The notes under the pieces: model-generated | Databases searched by the model: none | The model's input: only the letters and a program-made list of their open reading frames with translations | Told to the model about the DNA's origin: nothing | Translations under genes and position numbers: made by a program | Shown: piece by piece, positions 34,390 through 43,443 of the stretch | Layout: each line of letters opens with the position of its first letter | Numbering within the stretch: the stretch's first letter is position 1 | Origin: Erysipelotrichaceae bacterium | GTDB taxonomy: Bacteria; Bacillota_I; Bacilli_A; Erysipelotrichales; Erysipelotrichaceae | Assembly (NCBI GenBank): GCA_003510215.1 | Contig: DOKQ01000097.1 | Span: 1 to 43,443, forward strand | Reading direction: 5' to 3' | DNA: 43,443 nucleotides

Positions 34390-36849
34390 ATGATTGAAAA
34401 GACATATACAGTAAAGGATATGACGTGTGCTGCATGTGCAAGTGCAGTATCACGTGCTTTGAATAAGTTAGATCAGGTTGAGTTGGCAGATGTCAATCTT
34501 GCGACACATAAGGTAAGTGTTAAATTATCAGATGAGATTGATTTTGAAACGTTGAATCAGGCCGTAGTAAAAGCAGGATATGGATTGGAAGAGATTAGCA
34601 CGAGCAAACAGATTACATTAGTGGTGGACGGGATGACCTGTGCTTCTTGCAGCAGTGCTGTTGAACGCAGCTTGTCAAAACTAGAAGGTGTGCAGTTGGC
34701 GAGTGTGAATCTTGCGACTCACAAAGCAACGATTACATATGATGCCTCGGCTGTTAGAATTTCACAGTTAAAGGCAGCAATAGTAAAAGCTGGATATACG
34801 CCCAGTGATATTGAACGTTCAGTAGAGGATGATGATCAGAAGCAAAAGAACTCGCATACCAAGGATATGTTTCAACGATTGATTCTTTCCGTTGTGTTTT
34901 CAATACCACTTTTGTATATGACGATGCTACACATGTTCTTCCCAACAGTTTTTCCACTGCCGATGTGGATGGATATGCATCATCAACCATTGAATCACAC
35001 ACTGGTTCAGCTGGTGTTAACATTGCCTATCTTGTGGGCAGGTAGAAAATTTTATATTGTGGGTTTCAAGACGTTAATTAAACGAAATCCAAATATGGAT
35101 ACCCTCATTGCTATCGGAACAGGAGCAGCGTTTTTCTACGGATTATTTGCGTTAGTACGAATTTACATGGGTGAACATCATTACGTTGATCATCTATATT
35201 TTGAGACTGCAGCACTCATCATTACATTATTACTTGTAGGGAAATATATGGAAGCCAAAATGACAGGAAAAACATCAGAGGCTATTAAGAAACTGATGAA
35301 CTTGGCACCCAAAACCGCAACATTACTCAAAGAGGGTCAGGAAATTGTTGTTTCGTTGGATGAAGTTGTTGAAGGTGATGTTCTTTTGGTTCGTCCTGGT
35401 GAAAAGATACCTGTGGATGGTTTGATTCTTTCGGGTCATTCAGCTGTGGATGAATCGATGCTTACTGGCGAGAGTTTACCGGTAGACAAATCAAAAGGAG
35501 ACCGATTGGTCGGTGGTAGTTTGAATAAAAATGGTTTGCTTACCATGCAGGCTGAGGCTGTGGGTGAAAGTACAGCATTAGCTCGGATTATCAAACTCGT
35601 GGAAGATGCACAGGGGCAAAAAGCACCGATTGCCAAACTGGCTGATATTGTTTCCGGATATTTTGTGCCTGTGGTTATTGTTATTGCCATTTTATCTGCT
35701 TTAATTTGGATTTTTGTTGGGAAGGATGTAGACTTTGTCATTTCCGTCTTTGTAACTATTTTAGTCATTGCATGCCCATGTGCCTTAGGATTGGCAACGC
35801 CAACAGCCATCATGGTTGGTACAGGTAAAGGTGCTGAGTTTGGCCTCTTGTTTAAAGGGGGAGAGGCTCTTGAGACTGCACATAAGATTAATGCTATTAT
35901 TTTTGATAAGACAGGAACGATTACTGAAGGGAAACCAACGTTAACAGATGTCATTACAAAGTCAATTGGCGAAGAAGATATGCTACGATTAGTTGCTAGT
36001 GCTGAGGCAGGGTCTGAACATCCATTGGCCCAGGCGATTGTCACAGGGGCTAAAGACAGAGGTCTGCAACTGCTACCTATCGAATCATTTGAAGCCATCA
36101 CTGGAAAAGGTGTTTCAGTTGTGGTCAATGGTCGTCATCTTTCGATTGGTAATGAAAAATTAATGCGTGAACTAGGTTATGATGTCACTATCTTTGAAGA
36201 TAATATGAGTGAACTTGCGTCAAGTGGGAAAACTCCGATGCTTGTAGCTATTGATCAGGTTCTTGTTGGTATAGTTGCGGTAGCTGATGTTGTCAAACCA
36301 AGTAGTGCTGCTGCTATCAAATATCTGAAGAAGATGGGTATCAAAGTAGCGATGATTACGGGGGATAATCGTAAGACAGCTGCTTCTATCGCCCAACAAG
36401 TTGGAATTGATCTTGTACTCGCTGAAGTACTTCCTCAGGATAAATCAACTGAAGTAAAAAAACTTCAGGATCAGGGTTATTCAGTTGCTATGGTAGGAGA
36501 TGGTATTAATGATGCTCCAGCATTGGCGATGGCAGACGTTGGTATTGCTATCGGTTCAGGAACCGATGTTGCCATTGAGTCAGCCGATGTAGTTCTTATG
36601 AAGTCGGATCTACTGGATGTTGTAACGGCTCTTCAGTTAAGTAAAGCGACAATTTCCAATGTTAAGCAAAATTTGTTTTGGGCCTTCATTTACAATATTG
36701 CTGGACTTCCTTTGGCAGCAGGTGTATTCTATGCCATGGGTGGACCATTGCTTGATCCGGTATTTGCGGGTGCGGCGATGGCTTTTAGCTCAGTATCTGT
36801 AGTTATTAATGCTTTGAGACTTCGAGGGTTTAAAAAGCGTTCTATTTAG
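34390..36849 (+). CDS. copA: Copper-exporting P1B-type ATPase with two N-terminal HMA domains
   Basis: 819 aa. Two MTCxxC metal-binding domains (MTCAAC, MTCASC), TGES, transmembrane CPC, DKTGT phosphorylation site and GDGINDAP hinge. Confidence 0.96.
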   Translation: MIEKTYTVKDMTCAACASAVSRALNKLDQVELADVNLATHKVSVKLSDEIDFETLNQAVVKAGYGLEEISTSKQITLVVDGMTCASCSSAVERSLSKLEGVQLASVNLATHKATITYDASAVRISQLKAAIVKAGYTPSDIERSVEDDDQKQKNSHTKDMFQRLILSVVFSIPLLYMTMLHMFFPTVFPLPMWMDMHHQPLNHTLVQLVLTLPILWAGRKFYIVGFKTLIKRNPNMDTLIAIGTGAAFFYGLFALVRIYMGEHHYVDHLYFETAALIITLLLVGKYMEAKMTGKTSEAIKKLMNLAPKTATLLKEGQEIVVSLDEVVEGDVLLVRPGEKIPVDGLILSGHSAVDESMLTGESLPVDKSKGDRLVGGSLNKNGLLTMQAEAVGESTALARIIKLVEDAQGQKAPIAKLADIVSGYFVPVVIVIAILSALIWIFVGKDVDFVISVFVTILVIACPCALGLATPTAIMVGTGKGAEFGLLFKGGEALETAHKINAIIFDKTGTITEGKPTLTDVITKSIGEEDMLRLVASAEAGSEHPLAQAIVTGAKDRGLQLLPIESFEAITGKGVSVVVNGRHLSIGNEKLMRELGYDVTIFEDNMSELASSGKTPMLVAIDQVLVGIVAVADVVKPSSAAAIKYLKKMGIKVAMITGDNRKTAASIAQQVGIDLVLAEVLPQDKSTEVKKLQDQGYSVAMVGDGINDAPALAMADVGIAIGSGTDVAIESADVVLMKSDLLDVVTALQLSKATISNVKQNLFWAFIYNIAGLPLAAGVFYAMGGPLLDPVFAGAAMAFSSVSVVINALRLRGFKKRSI

Positions 36850-36870
36850 GTCTAAAATGAATGAAATTGT

Positions 36871-36973
36871 TTGCATTTGTCAATAAAGTATGTTAAATTA
36901 TATAAGCCCTATGGCACCCCGGTTCCGCTGAGGAATGACTTATGAGCCGGTAAGGAACAAGGAGTGTGGAAAT
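36871..36973 (+). promoter_or_regulatory. rplS promoter candidates and 5' leader (possible L19 autoregulatory leader)
   Basis: TTGCAT (36871-36876), 17 nt, then TGtTAAATT (36891-36899), or alternatively TTGTCA (36878-36883), 17 nt, TATAAG. A 70-80 nt GC-richer leader follows (gcaccccggttccgctgagg...gagccggtaaggaac) with complementary segments. An L19 leader is known in Bacillota. Confidence 0.35.
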
Positions 36974-37321
36974 ATGAACATGAATTTAGTCAATGAAGTG
37001 ACCAAGTCACAATTACGTACCGATATTCCTGATTTCCGTCCTGGATGTACCGTCCGTGTGGATGTACGCATTAAGGAAGGCGACAAGAGTCGGATCCAAG
37101 CATTTGAAGGCGTTGTAATTGCTCGTAGCGGCGGTGGAATTGCCGAAACATTTACAGTTCGTAAAGTTTCTTCAGGTATTGGTGTGGAAAGAACATTTCC
37201 AATCAATTCACCAATCATCGCAGGTGTAACCGTATTACGTCGTGGTAAAGTTAGAAGATCTAAATTATTCTACTTACGTGATCGTTCTGGTAAAGCTGCT
37301 CGTATCAAAGAAATTCGCTAA
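36974..37321 (+). CDS. rplS: 50S ribosomal protein L19
   Basis: ATG 36974 follows AAGGAG. 115 aa. [15 protein letters not shown]...[13 protein letters not shown]...FTVRK. The listed upstream start has no SD and would add 13 non-conserved residues. Confidence 0.96.
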   Translation: MNMNLVNEVTKSQLRTDIPDFRPGCTVRVDVRIKEGDKSRIQAFEGVVIARSGGGIAETFTVRKVSSGIGVERTFPINSPIIAGVTVLRRGKVRRSKLFYLRDRSGKAARIKEIR

Positions 37322-37326
37322 GAAAT

Positions 37327-37348
37327 CGCCGGGACACCCGGCGTTTTT
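37327..37348 (+). terminator. Intrinsic terminator after rplS
   Basis: CGCCGGG-aca-CCCGGCG followed by ttttt. Confidence 0.85.
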
Positions 37349-37370
37349 CTCTATTGAAGGGGGTTATTGT

Positions 37371-37940
37371 ATGTCATTGAATAAAAAACGTATCTGGTAT
37401 GAAATCTTTGATTTTATTAAATCCGTAGTCATTAGTCTGATTATCGTCTTTTTGATGACGCAATTTGTTATTAAACCGATTCGGGTTGATGGGTCAAGTA
37501 TGTATCCGACACTCAAAGACCGTCAGGTGGGGTTCAGTAACATCATTGCACTGCGATTTCAGGAGATCGAACGTTTTGATGTGGTGATTGTCTTTGTGCC
37601 ACAAACTAACGAACATCTTGTCAAACGTGTGATTGGTTTACCAAATGATACAATAAAATTTGTGGATGATGTGTTGTTTGTCAATGGATATCCAGTGGAG
37701 CAACCCTTTCTGGATACAGAATATGTTGAAAGCAAAATCAAAGAATTTAATCTACCGAATTTCACTCTGGATTTCGGACCGGTGACTCTGGGTGAAAACG
37801 AATATTTTCTGATGGGAGATAATCGTCCATCCTCAAGTGATTCACGTCGGTTTGGACCGTTTCGACTATCACAGATTGTAAGTAAAGACGCATATATTAT
37901 TTATCCATTCAATGAAATGCATTTAGTGATTAATCCATAG
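37371..37940 (+). CDS. lepB: Signal peptidase I
   Basis: ATG 37371, downstream of the rplS terminator. 189 aa. N-terminal TM anchor, catalytic-serine box GSSMYPTL, lysine box KRVIGLPND, and GDNRPSSSDSR box. The listed start at 37242 overlaps rplS and the terminator. Confidence 0.92.
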   Translation: MSLNKKRIWYEIFDFIKSVVISLIIVFLMTQFVIKPIRVDGSSMYPTLKDRQVGFSNIIALRFQEIERFDVVIVFVPQTNEHLVKRVIGLPNDTIKFVDDVLFVNGYPVEQPFLDTEYVESKIKEFNLPNFTLDFGPVTLGENEYFLMGDNRPSSSDSRRFGPFRLSQIVSKDAYIIYPFNEMHLVINP

Positions 37941-37955
37941 AAGGGAGGCGTTGAC

Positions 37956-38813
37956 ATGACCATACAATGGTTTCCCGGTCATATGACCAAAGCAAAACGT
38001 ACAATTGAAAGTCAGATCAAGCTGGTCGATATGGTGATTGAACTGCGCGATGCTCGTGTACCTAATGCGAGTGCCAATCCGCTGCTTGAAAGTCTCATTC
38101 AGCAAAAGCCCAGACTTCTTGTGTTTACCAAAAAGGATATGGCTGATGCAACTGTTTCTTCAATCTGGAAAAAATACTTTGAAACCCAAGGTATCTCTGT
38201 TCTATTTCTGGATGCAAATCAGGATCCGATCAAAAAACTAATCTTACATAGTTCGCAGGATGTCATGAAAGAGAAGCATGACCGCGATCGTCGTCGTGGC
38301 ATTCGGCCACGTCCCATACGTGCGATGATTCTGGGTATACCCAACGTGGGCAAATCCACCTTAATTAATCGTTTAGCGGCTAAAAAGGTAGTCCAGGTAG
38401 CCAATCGGCCGGGAGTTACGCAAGCTATAAAATGGATTGCGGTTGACCCTATGCTTCAGGTGATGGATACACCGGGAGTTTTATGGCCAAAGTTTGAATC
38501 AGAGCTTGTGGGTTATCGGTTAGCACTTACGGGTGCGATTAAAGAGCAGATTCTTCCAATTGAAAAAGTGGTTGAATTTGGGATGAAATATCTGTACGAA
38601 CATTATCCGCAGATTTTACTTCAACGTTATGGGATACAACTCGAAACCTTTGATTTAGATGTGATCTATCAGACAATTGCTGATAAATACGGATTTAAGA
38701 TGGGTGGAAATGTAGTGGACCGTCAACGTGTCATGTCTATGTTTATGGCTGATTTACGTCAGGATAAACTTGGTCCTATAAGTTGGGAGTTGCCAGATGA
38801 ATCAGCAATATGA
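37956..38813 (+). CDS. rbgA: Ribosome biogenesis GTPase A (YlqF/RbgA)
   Basis: 285 aa. SD AAGGGAGG. IQWFPGHMTKA N-terminus. Circularly permuted GTPase motifs (FTKKD ... GIPNVGKST ... DTPG). Confidence 0.94.
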   Translation: MTIQWFPGHMTKAKRTIESQIKLVDMVIELRDARVPNASANPLLESLIQQKPRLLVFTKKDMADATVSSIWKKYFETQGISVLFLDANQDPIKKLILHSSQDVMKEKHDRDRRRGIRPRPIRAMILGIPNVGKSTLINRLAAKKVVQVANRPGVTQAIKWIAVDPMLQVMDTPGVLWPKFESELVGYRLALTGAIKEQILPIEKVVEFGMKYLYEHYPQILLQRYGIQLETFDLDVIYQTIADKYGFKMGGNVVDRQRVMSMFMADLRQDKLGPISWELPDESAI

Positions 38814-39405
38814 GCTGGAAGTTTGGCAGCAGGATGAATTGGTGGTTGGCATCGATGAAGCTGGTCGAGGACCGTTGGCAGGACCTGTGGTTGTCTGTGG
38901 TGTCATCTTACCGAAGCATTACAGTCATCCCGTTATTTTTGATTCGAAAAAGCTTTCGCTAAAGAAACGGAATGCGTGCTTTCAAGATATTCTAAATGAT
39001 GCCATTTGGATTGGCATTGAAATTGTGGATGAGCAGACCATCGATCAATTCAATATCTACCGTGCAACCCAGATGGCTATGGAGCGTTTGGCTGAGCGTT
39101 GTCAAGTGAAGTATGTGCTGACCGATGCCATGCCACTATTAAGTCGTGGACTGAGTGTCACATCGCTGATCAAAGGTGATCAGTTGTCTATCAGTATTGC
39201 GGCCGCAAGCATTGTGGCGAAGGTGCTTCGAGATGCGAAAATGACAGCTTTGGATAAAGTCTACCCTGCTTATGGGTTCGCAAAGCATAAAGGATATGGA
39301 ACAAAAGAGCATATGTTGGCCATTGAACAACATGGGCCACTTCCAATTCATCGAAAGAGTTTTGAACCGATTCGTAGTCTTTGTGCATTCAAGTTGGATA
39401 TATAG
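38797..39405 (+). CDS. rnhB: Ribonuclease HII
   Basis: 202 aa. Active-site GIDEAGRGPLAGPVV and downstream DSKKL motifs. Overlaps rbgA by 17 nt. Confidence 0.94.
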   Translation: MNQQYELEVWQQDELVVGIDEAGRGPLAGPVVVCGVILPKHYSHPVIFDSKKLSLKKRNACFQDILNDAIWIGIEIVDEQTIDQFNIYRATQMAMERLAERCQVKYVLTDAMPLLSRGLSVTSLIKGDQLSISIAAASIVAKVLRDAKMTALDKVYPAYGFAKHKGYGTKEHMLAIEQHGPLPIHRKSFEPIRSLCAFKLDI

Positions 39406-39451
39406 AAGGGAAACCTTCTTTTCTTTTCGTAAAAGTTGGTGGAGGTACCCT

Positions 39452-40183
39452 ATGAGACGAGAAGAAATCATTCAGTATGCATTGCATTTTAATCACGATT
39501 ATGAGCAAATGGCTTATGCACTAAAGTTTCGACCGGAAGTTACTCCACTACCTATGGTGGATGCGATTACCTATATCGATGAAGATTATCCGAAATCATT
39601 ATTTGATTTACCAAATCCGCCGTTTGTGTTATTCTACCTTGGGAACAAAGAGTTATTGACTTTACCGGCAATCAGTATTATTGGTTCACGGAAACCAAGT
39701 GAGTATGCCATTGGGACCACGGTTGAGCTTGTCAGAAACCTTAAGCATCGGTATGTGATCGTCAGTGGCCTTGCGAAAGGAATTGATGGTATTGCTCATC
39801 GGGAAGCATTGGACGATGGGTATACGATTGGCATTCTCGGATGTGGTATTCATGAAGTTTATCCAAAAATCAATGAACCTTTGTATAAGGAAATGTCCAC
39901 CAACCATCTGATCTTAAGTGAGTATCCATTGCATCAGCCACCATTAAAGCATCAGTTTCCATTTCGGAACCGACTAATTGCGGCACTTTCAGCCAAATGT
40001 GTAGTGACATCGGCTGCTAAGTTGAGTGGGACGATGCATACAGTGAATGCCGCCTTGGCATTAGGCAAAGAGGTTATAACCATTCCATATCAGATGAACG
40101 ATTACTTTGGTGAAGGATGCAATCAGTTAATCTTGCAAGGTGCTTGCGTATTGACAAATGTGGAAGATTTCGCCATGATATAA
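39452..40183 (+). CDS. dprA: DNA processing protein DprA/Smf (compact form)
   Basis: SD GGAGG 39441-39445, ATG 39452. 243 aa. Rossmann-fold DprA motifs IGSRKPS, SGLAKGIDGIAH and GTMHT. The listed ORF start at 39272 overlaps rnhB and is rejected. Confidence 0.88.
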   Translation: MRREEIIQYALHFNHDYEQMAYALKFRPEVTPLPMVDAITYIDEDYPKSLFDLPNPPFVLFYLGNKELLTLPAISIIGSRKPSEYAIGTTVELVRNLKHRYVIVSGLAKGIDGIAHREALDDGYTIGILGCGIHEVYPKINEPLYKEMSTNHLILSEYPLHQPPLKHQFPFRNRLIAALSAKCVVTSAAKLSGTMHTVNAALALGKEVITIPYQMNDYFGEGCNQLILQGACVLTNVEDFAMI

Positions 40184-40199
40184 AAAAGGAGCGATTTAC

Positions 40200-42320
40200 A
40201 TGAAGAAACTAGTTATAGTGGAGTCACCCTCAAAATCTAAGACTATTGAGAAATATTTAGGAAACCAGTTTGAGGTGGTTTCTTCAAAAGGTCATATTCG
40301 GGATCTGGCTATCAAAGGAAAAGATGGTCTTGGTGTCGATGTTGCCAATCAGTTTCAAGCTACCTATGTGGTAGATAAAGATAAATCAAAAGTAGTAAAA
40401 GAGTTGAAGAGCAAAGCGAAGAAGGCTGAAACCGTCTATCTTGCCACTGACCCTGACCGCGAAGGTGAGGCGATATCATGGCACCTTGCTGCTGAACTTG
40501 GATTAGATGTTGAAACATGTCAACGGGTTGTTTTCAATGAAATCACGAAAGATGCCATTTTAAAGGCATTTGACCATCCTCGAACGATTGATTTGGATTT
40601 GGTGCGTTCTCAAGAAACACGTCGGATCCTTGATCGTATTATCGGTTTTAAACTGTCCAAACTGCTTCAATCAAAAATCAAAAGTAAGTCCGCTGGACGT
40701 GTTCAGTCGGTAGCGTTGAAACTGGTGGTTGAGCGTGAAAAGGAAATTGATGCCTTTGTACCAGTTGAATACTGGAGTGTTACCGCTCAGTTTGAAGAAG
40801 AAAAAATACCGTTTGAAGCTTCACTTTCCAAAGTGGATGGGGAAGATGCTGATTTAAAGGAGAAGTTGGATGCTGATAAAATTCTTGCTTTATGTGAGGG
40901 TCCGTTTACTGTCAGTGAAATCAAACAAAAGAAATCTCGAAAAAATGCCAAACCACCATTTATAACTTCAACACTTCAACAGGAAATGTCGACTAAATAT
41001 AATTTTGCAGCCAAGAAAACCATGCGCATCGCTCAGAAGTTGTATGAGGGTGTTCAGGTTGATGGAGAGCTTGAAGGTTTAATTACCTATATGAGAACCG
41101 ATTCGACCCGTCTTTCGGATCAATTCGTGGGCTCTGCCTTGCATCATATTGAAACAACCTATGGCAAAAACTATGTTGGTTTCTATAAAGTGAAAAATAA
41201 AGATGAGAATGCCCAGGATGCTCATGAAGCGATTCGACCAACGCATCTCAACTATACGCCGGCAAAATTAAAATCAGTACTAACTCCGGATGAGCTGAAG
41301 GTTTACAGTTTTATTTATGATCGTACACTTGCCTCACTGATGGCACCTGCAAAACTAGATGTTGTCAGTGTTAGTTTAACCAAAGAAAACCTAACGTTTG
41401 CAACTTCGGGTTCGGTCATGACATTTGATGGATATACACTGGTGTATGGTCCATATGAGCAAAACAAGGATAAAATTCTTCCTAAGCTGACTGAAGGTCA
41501 ACTTGTGACTCCATTGAGTATCGATGGAAAGCAACATTTCACGAAAGGACCAAGTCGTTATAGTGAAGCAAGTCTGATTAAAGAAATGGAAAGCAATGGA
41601 ATCGGTCGACCTTCTACATATGCAACGATTATTGATACATTGCAGGCACGTGGTTATGTTGAATTGGTAAAAAGCTCAGAAGGTTCACGTACCAAAGTGT
41701 TCATTCCTACCGATCAGGGAAAACTGACCGATGAGAAGCTTCAAAATCATTTCAAAGATTTTATTAATGTCAAATATACAGCCTACATGGAAGATGAACT
41801 TGATGAGATTGCGGAAGGAAAACGCGATCAGGTTGAAGCATTACAGGAATTTTACGACCGATTTATCGATTTGTTTGACCATGCCAAGGAAAATATGGAG
41901 AAACTTGAGCCTCAGTACACGGGGGAACACTGTCCAAAATGTGGATTACCACTTGTGATTCGCAAATCGCGCACAGGTGAACAGTTTGTCGGCTGTTCCG
42001 GATATCCTGAGTGTGATTATGTTTCCTTTATGGAATCCAAAAAGACAGGTGAAGATTGTCCGGATTGTGGTTCTCCGCTGATTGAACGTAAAAGTCGTAA
42101 AGGAGCCACATTTGTTGGTTGTTCAGCCTACCCAAGCTGTACATATATCAAAAAGGAACAACCGATTCCAACGGGAGACATGTGTCCGCAATGTGGTAGT
42201 GCTCTTGTGAAACGTAAGAGTCGTTATGGTAAATACTTTGTGGCCTGTTCAGGCTTTCCGAAGTGTCGTTATATTCAAAAAGATGCTAAAAAGGAAAAGG
42301 GTGAAGAAAGTGAGTCTTAA
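40200..42320 (+). CDS. topA: DNA topoisomerase I
   Basis: 706 aa. Toprim region [18 protein letters not shown] and [13 protein letters not shown], catalytic-tyrosine region (YMRTDS), and three C-terminal CxxC...CxxC zinc ribbons. Confidence 0.97.
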   Translation: MKKLVIVESPSKSKTIEKYLGNQFEVVSSKGHIRDLAIKGKDGLGVDVANQFQATYVVDKDKSKVVKELKSKAKKAETVYLATDPDREGEAISWHLAAELGLDVETCQRVVFNEITKDAILKAFDHPRTIDLDLVRSQETRRILDRIIGFKLSKLLQSKIKSKSAGRVQSVALKLVVEREKEIDAFVPVEYWSVTAQFEEEKIPFEASLSKVDGEDADLKEKLDADKILALCEGPFTVSEIKQKKSRKNAKPPFITSTLQQEMSTKYNFAAKKTMRIAQKLYEGVQVDGELEGLITYMRTDSTRLSDQFVGSALHHIETTYGKNYVGFYKVKNKDENAQDAHEAIRPTHLNYTPAKLKSVLTPDELKVYSFIYDRTLASLMAPAKLDVVSVSLTKENLTFATSGSVMTFDGYTLVYGPYEQNKDKILPKLTEGQLVTPLSIDGKQHFTKGPSRYSEASLIKEMESNGIGRPSTYATIIDTLQARGYVELVKSSEGSRTKVFIPTDQGKLTDEKLQNHFKDFINVKYTAYMEDELDEIAEGKRDQVEALQEFYDRFIDLFDHAKENMEKLEPQYTGEHCPKCGLPLVIRKSRTGEQFVGCSGYPECDYVSFMESKKTGEDCPDCGSPLIERKSRKGATFVGCSAYPSCTYIKKEQPIPTGDMCPQCGSALVKRKSRYGKYFVACSGFPKCRYIQKDAKKEKGEESES

Positions 42321-43443
42321 TCATTCAGTTACAGTCATTGGGGCTGGTTTGGCCGGAAGTGAAGCTGCTTGGCAGTTAGCGCGTCGAGGGATTTCAGTAA
42401 CGTTGGTTGAAATGCGACCTGTGAAAATGACACCCGCCCATCATACTGAGAATTTTGCGGAACTGGTCTGTTCCAACTCTCTACGAAGTAATGACACTCA
42501 TAATGCAGTGGGATTACTTAAGGAAGAGATGCGTCTGTTGGATAGTCTTGTGATTGCGGCTGCGGATCAGCATCAGGTCCCGGCAGGGAGTGCTCTTGCG
42601 GTAGATCGTGAAGGGTTTTCGCGCCAAATTACTGAAACGCTGAAGTCGCATCCACTCATTACGGTTGTTTCTAAAGAAATCACTTCGATTCCTTCAGGAC
42701 CTGTGATTATTGCTACCGGACCACTGACTTCCGATGCATTGGCTAAGGATATTTCTGAGTTCCTTGAGGCGCAATCGTTTTATTTCTATGATGCAGCTGC
42801 TCCGATTATCGAAAAAGACAGTATAGATTTTTCGATTGCCTATTATAAATCACGCTATGATAAAGGTGAAGCTGATTATATCAATTGTCCGATGAATAAA
42901 GAGGAGTTTGATGCTTTTTATGATGCACTTGTATCTGCGAATGTCGTACCGTTAAAGGAGTTTGAAAAAGAAATTTATTTTGAAGGTTGCATGCCTTTTG
43001 AAGAAATGGCTAAACGGGGTCGTAAAACCCTGTTGTTTGGTCCGATGAAGCCTGTTGGACTAGAAAAAGAAGATGGAAAGCGACCATATGCCGTTGTGCA
43101 ATTACGTCAGGATGATGCGGCTGCTTCATTATACAATGTGGTGGGATTTCAGACCCATCTTACCTGGGGAGAGCAAAAACGTATTCTTCAGATGATTCCA
43201 GGGTTGCAGCAAGCCAATATTGTTCGGTATGGTGTGATGCATCGCAACTCCTACATGAACTCGCCAGCTGTTCTTTTAGCAACATATCAGTCGAAGAAGC
43301 GGGAAGATGTCTTTTTCGCCGGACAGATGACCGGAGTGGAAGGTTATGTGGAATCAGCGGCTTCTGGATTGTTGGCAGGTATGAATATGGAGCGTTGGTT
43401 AAGAGAAAAACCATTAGTCATTATGCCACCATTTACCATGATT
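42310..43443 (+). CDS. trmFO: Methylenetetrahydrofolate--tRNA-(uracil54-C5)-methyltransferase TrmFO (Gid), 3' end outside window
   Basis: Not in the ORF track because no stop occurs before the window end. GTG 42310 opens a frame that stays open to 43443 (378 codons). [21 protein letters not shown]-binding motif and ...[11 protein letters not shown]. Overlaps the topA stop by 11 nt. Confidence 0.9.
   Translation, partial: MSLNHSVTVIGAGLAGSEAAWQLARRGISVTLVEMRPVKMTPAHHTENFAELVCSNSLRSNDTHNAVGLLKEEMRLLDSLVIAAADQHQVPAGSALAVDREGFSRQITETLKSHPLITVVSKEITSIPSGPVIIATGPLTSDALAKDISEFLEAQSFYFYDAAAPIIEKDSIDFSIAYYKSRYDKGEADYINCPMNKEEFDAFYDALVSANVVPLKEFEKEIYFEGCMPFEEMAKRGRKTLLFGPMKPVGLEKEDGKRPYAVVQLRQDDAAASLYNVVGFQTHLTWGEQKRILQMIPGLQQANIVRYGVMHRNSYMNSPAVLLATYQSKKREDVFFAGQMTGVEGYVESAASGLLAGMNMERWLREKPLVIMPPFTMI

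Noticed and set aside
35436-36128. 230-aa minus-strand ORF inside copA
   Set aside because: It is fully antisense to a gene with unmistakable P-type ATPase motifs. The S/T/A/P-rich, low-complexity translation is typical of a codon-bias shadow frame. It has no SD and no room for a promoter.
36857-36886. 9-codon mini-ORF MNEIVCICQ just after copA, considered as a Cys-containing leader or metallopeptide
   Set aside because: It has no SD, is very short, and overlaps the candidate rplS promoter. It is most likely coincidental.
43160-43414. 84-aa minus-strand ORF near the right edge
   Set aside because: It is antisense to the open trmFO frame, which runs to the window end and carries clear TrmFO motifs.
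1-43443. Search by eye for CRISPR-like repeat arrays, IS or transposon ends, integrase, recombinase or phage genes, tRNA or rRNA genes, toxin-antitoxin pairs and known defence-system hallmarks
   Set aside because: None was found. Intergenic regions are all shorter than 280 nt and are accounted for by promoters, leaders and terminators. Every ORF longer than 150 aa has a housekeeping, metabolic or envelope-type assignment, or is an antisense shadow.

Overview
This is a dense 43.4-kb stretch of a low-GC Bacillota (Firmicutes) chromosome. I count 41 credible CDSs, all on the + strand except rpsD and one small membrane ORF.

Gene content and order largely track two Bacillus subtilis core neighbourhoods. 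I recognised this from memory and motifs, not from a search.
- The 'yt' region: pepV-like, trmB, M42 peptidase, ytpR, murC, ytxG-like, ccpA-like, tyrS, murJ/ytgP-like, rsuA-like, rpsD, ezrA, cysteine desulfurase and thiI.
- The ffh/ylq region: ffh, rpsP, KH protein, rimM, trmD, rplS, lepB, rbgA, rnhB, dprA, topA and trmFO.

Three blocks look accessory.
- An adenosylcobalamin/PLP-dependent ornithine (Stickland-type) degradation cluster, ortB-oraS-oraE-glmL-like-orr, at 1-5757. It is cut by the left window edge.
- A cdaR-gntP-glycerate kinase cassette at 21302-25164.
- A copA copper P-type ATPase inserted between trmD and rplS.

Regulatory RNA and DNA elements readable by eye:
- a Tyr (UAC) T-box leader ahead of tyrS
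- an rpsD promoter plus long leader
- a CsoR-type palindrome in the copA promoter
- a cre-like box and an inverted repeat ahead of gntP
- several intrinsic terminators

I saw no rRNA, tRNA, CRISPR array, transposase, integrase, phage gene or recognisable defence gene. I cannot point to a convincing novel multi-gene system, and most of the window is ordinary core genome.

The best candidates for undescribed biology are small uncharacterised proteins embedded in gap-free operons:
- a disordered 197-aa ORF in the sftA position, start/stop-coupled to murC
- two unrelated lipoproteins
- a DUF948-like membrane protein paired with a helical-repeat protein that lacks a TM segment
- a DUF62 SAM-hydrolase-like gene wedged between thiI and ffh

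All identifications rest on motif recognition and remembered synteny. No alignment or database search was run.
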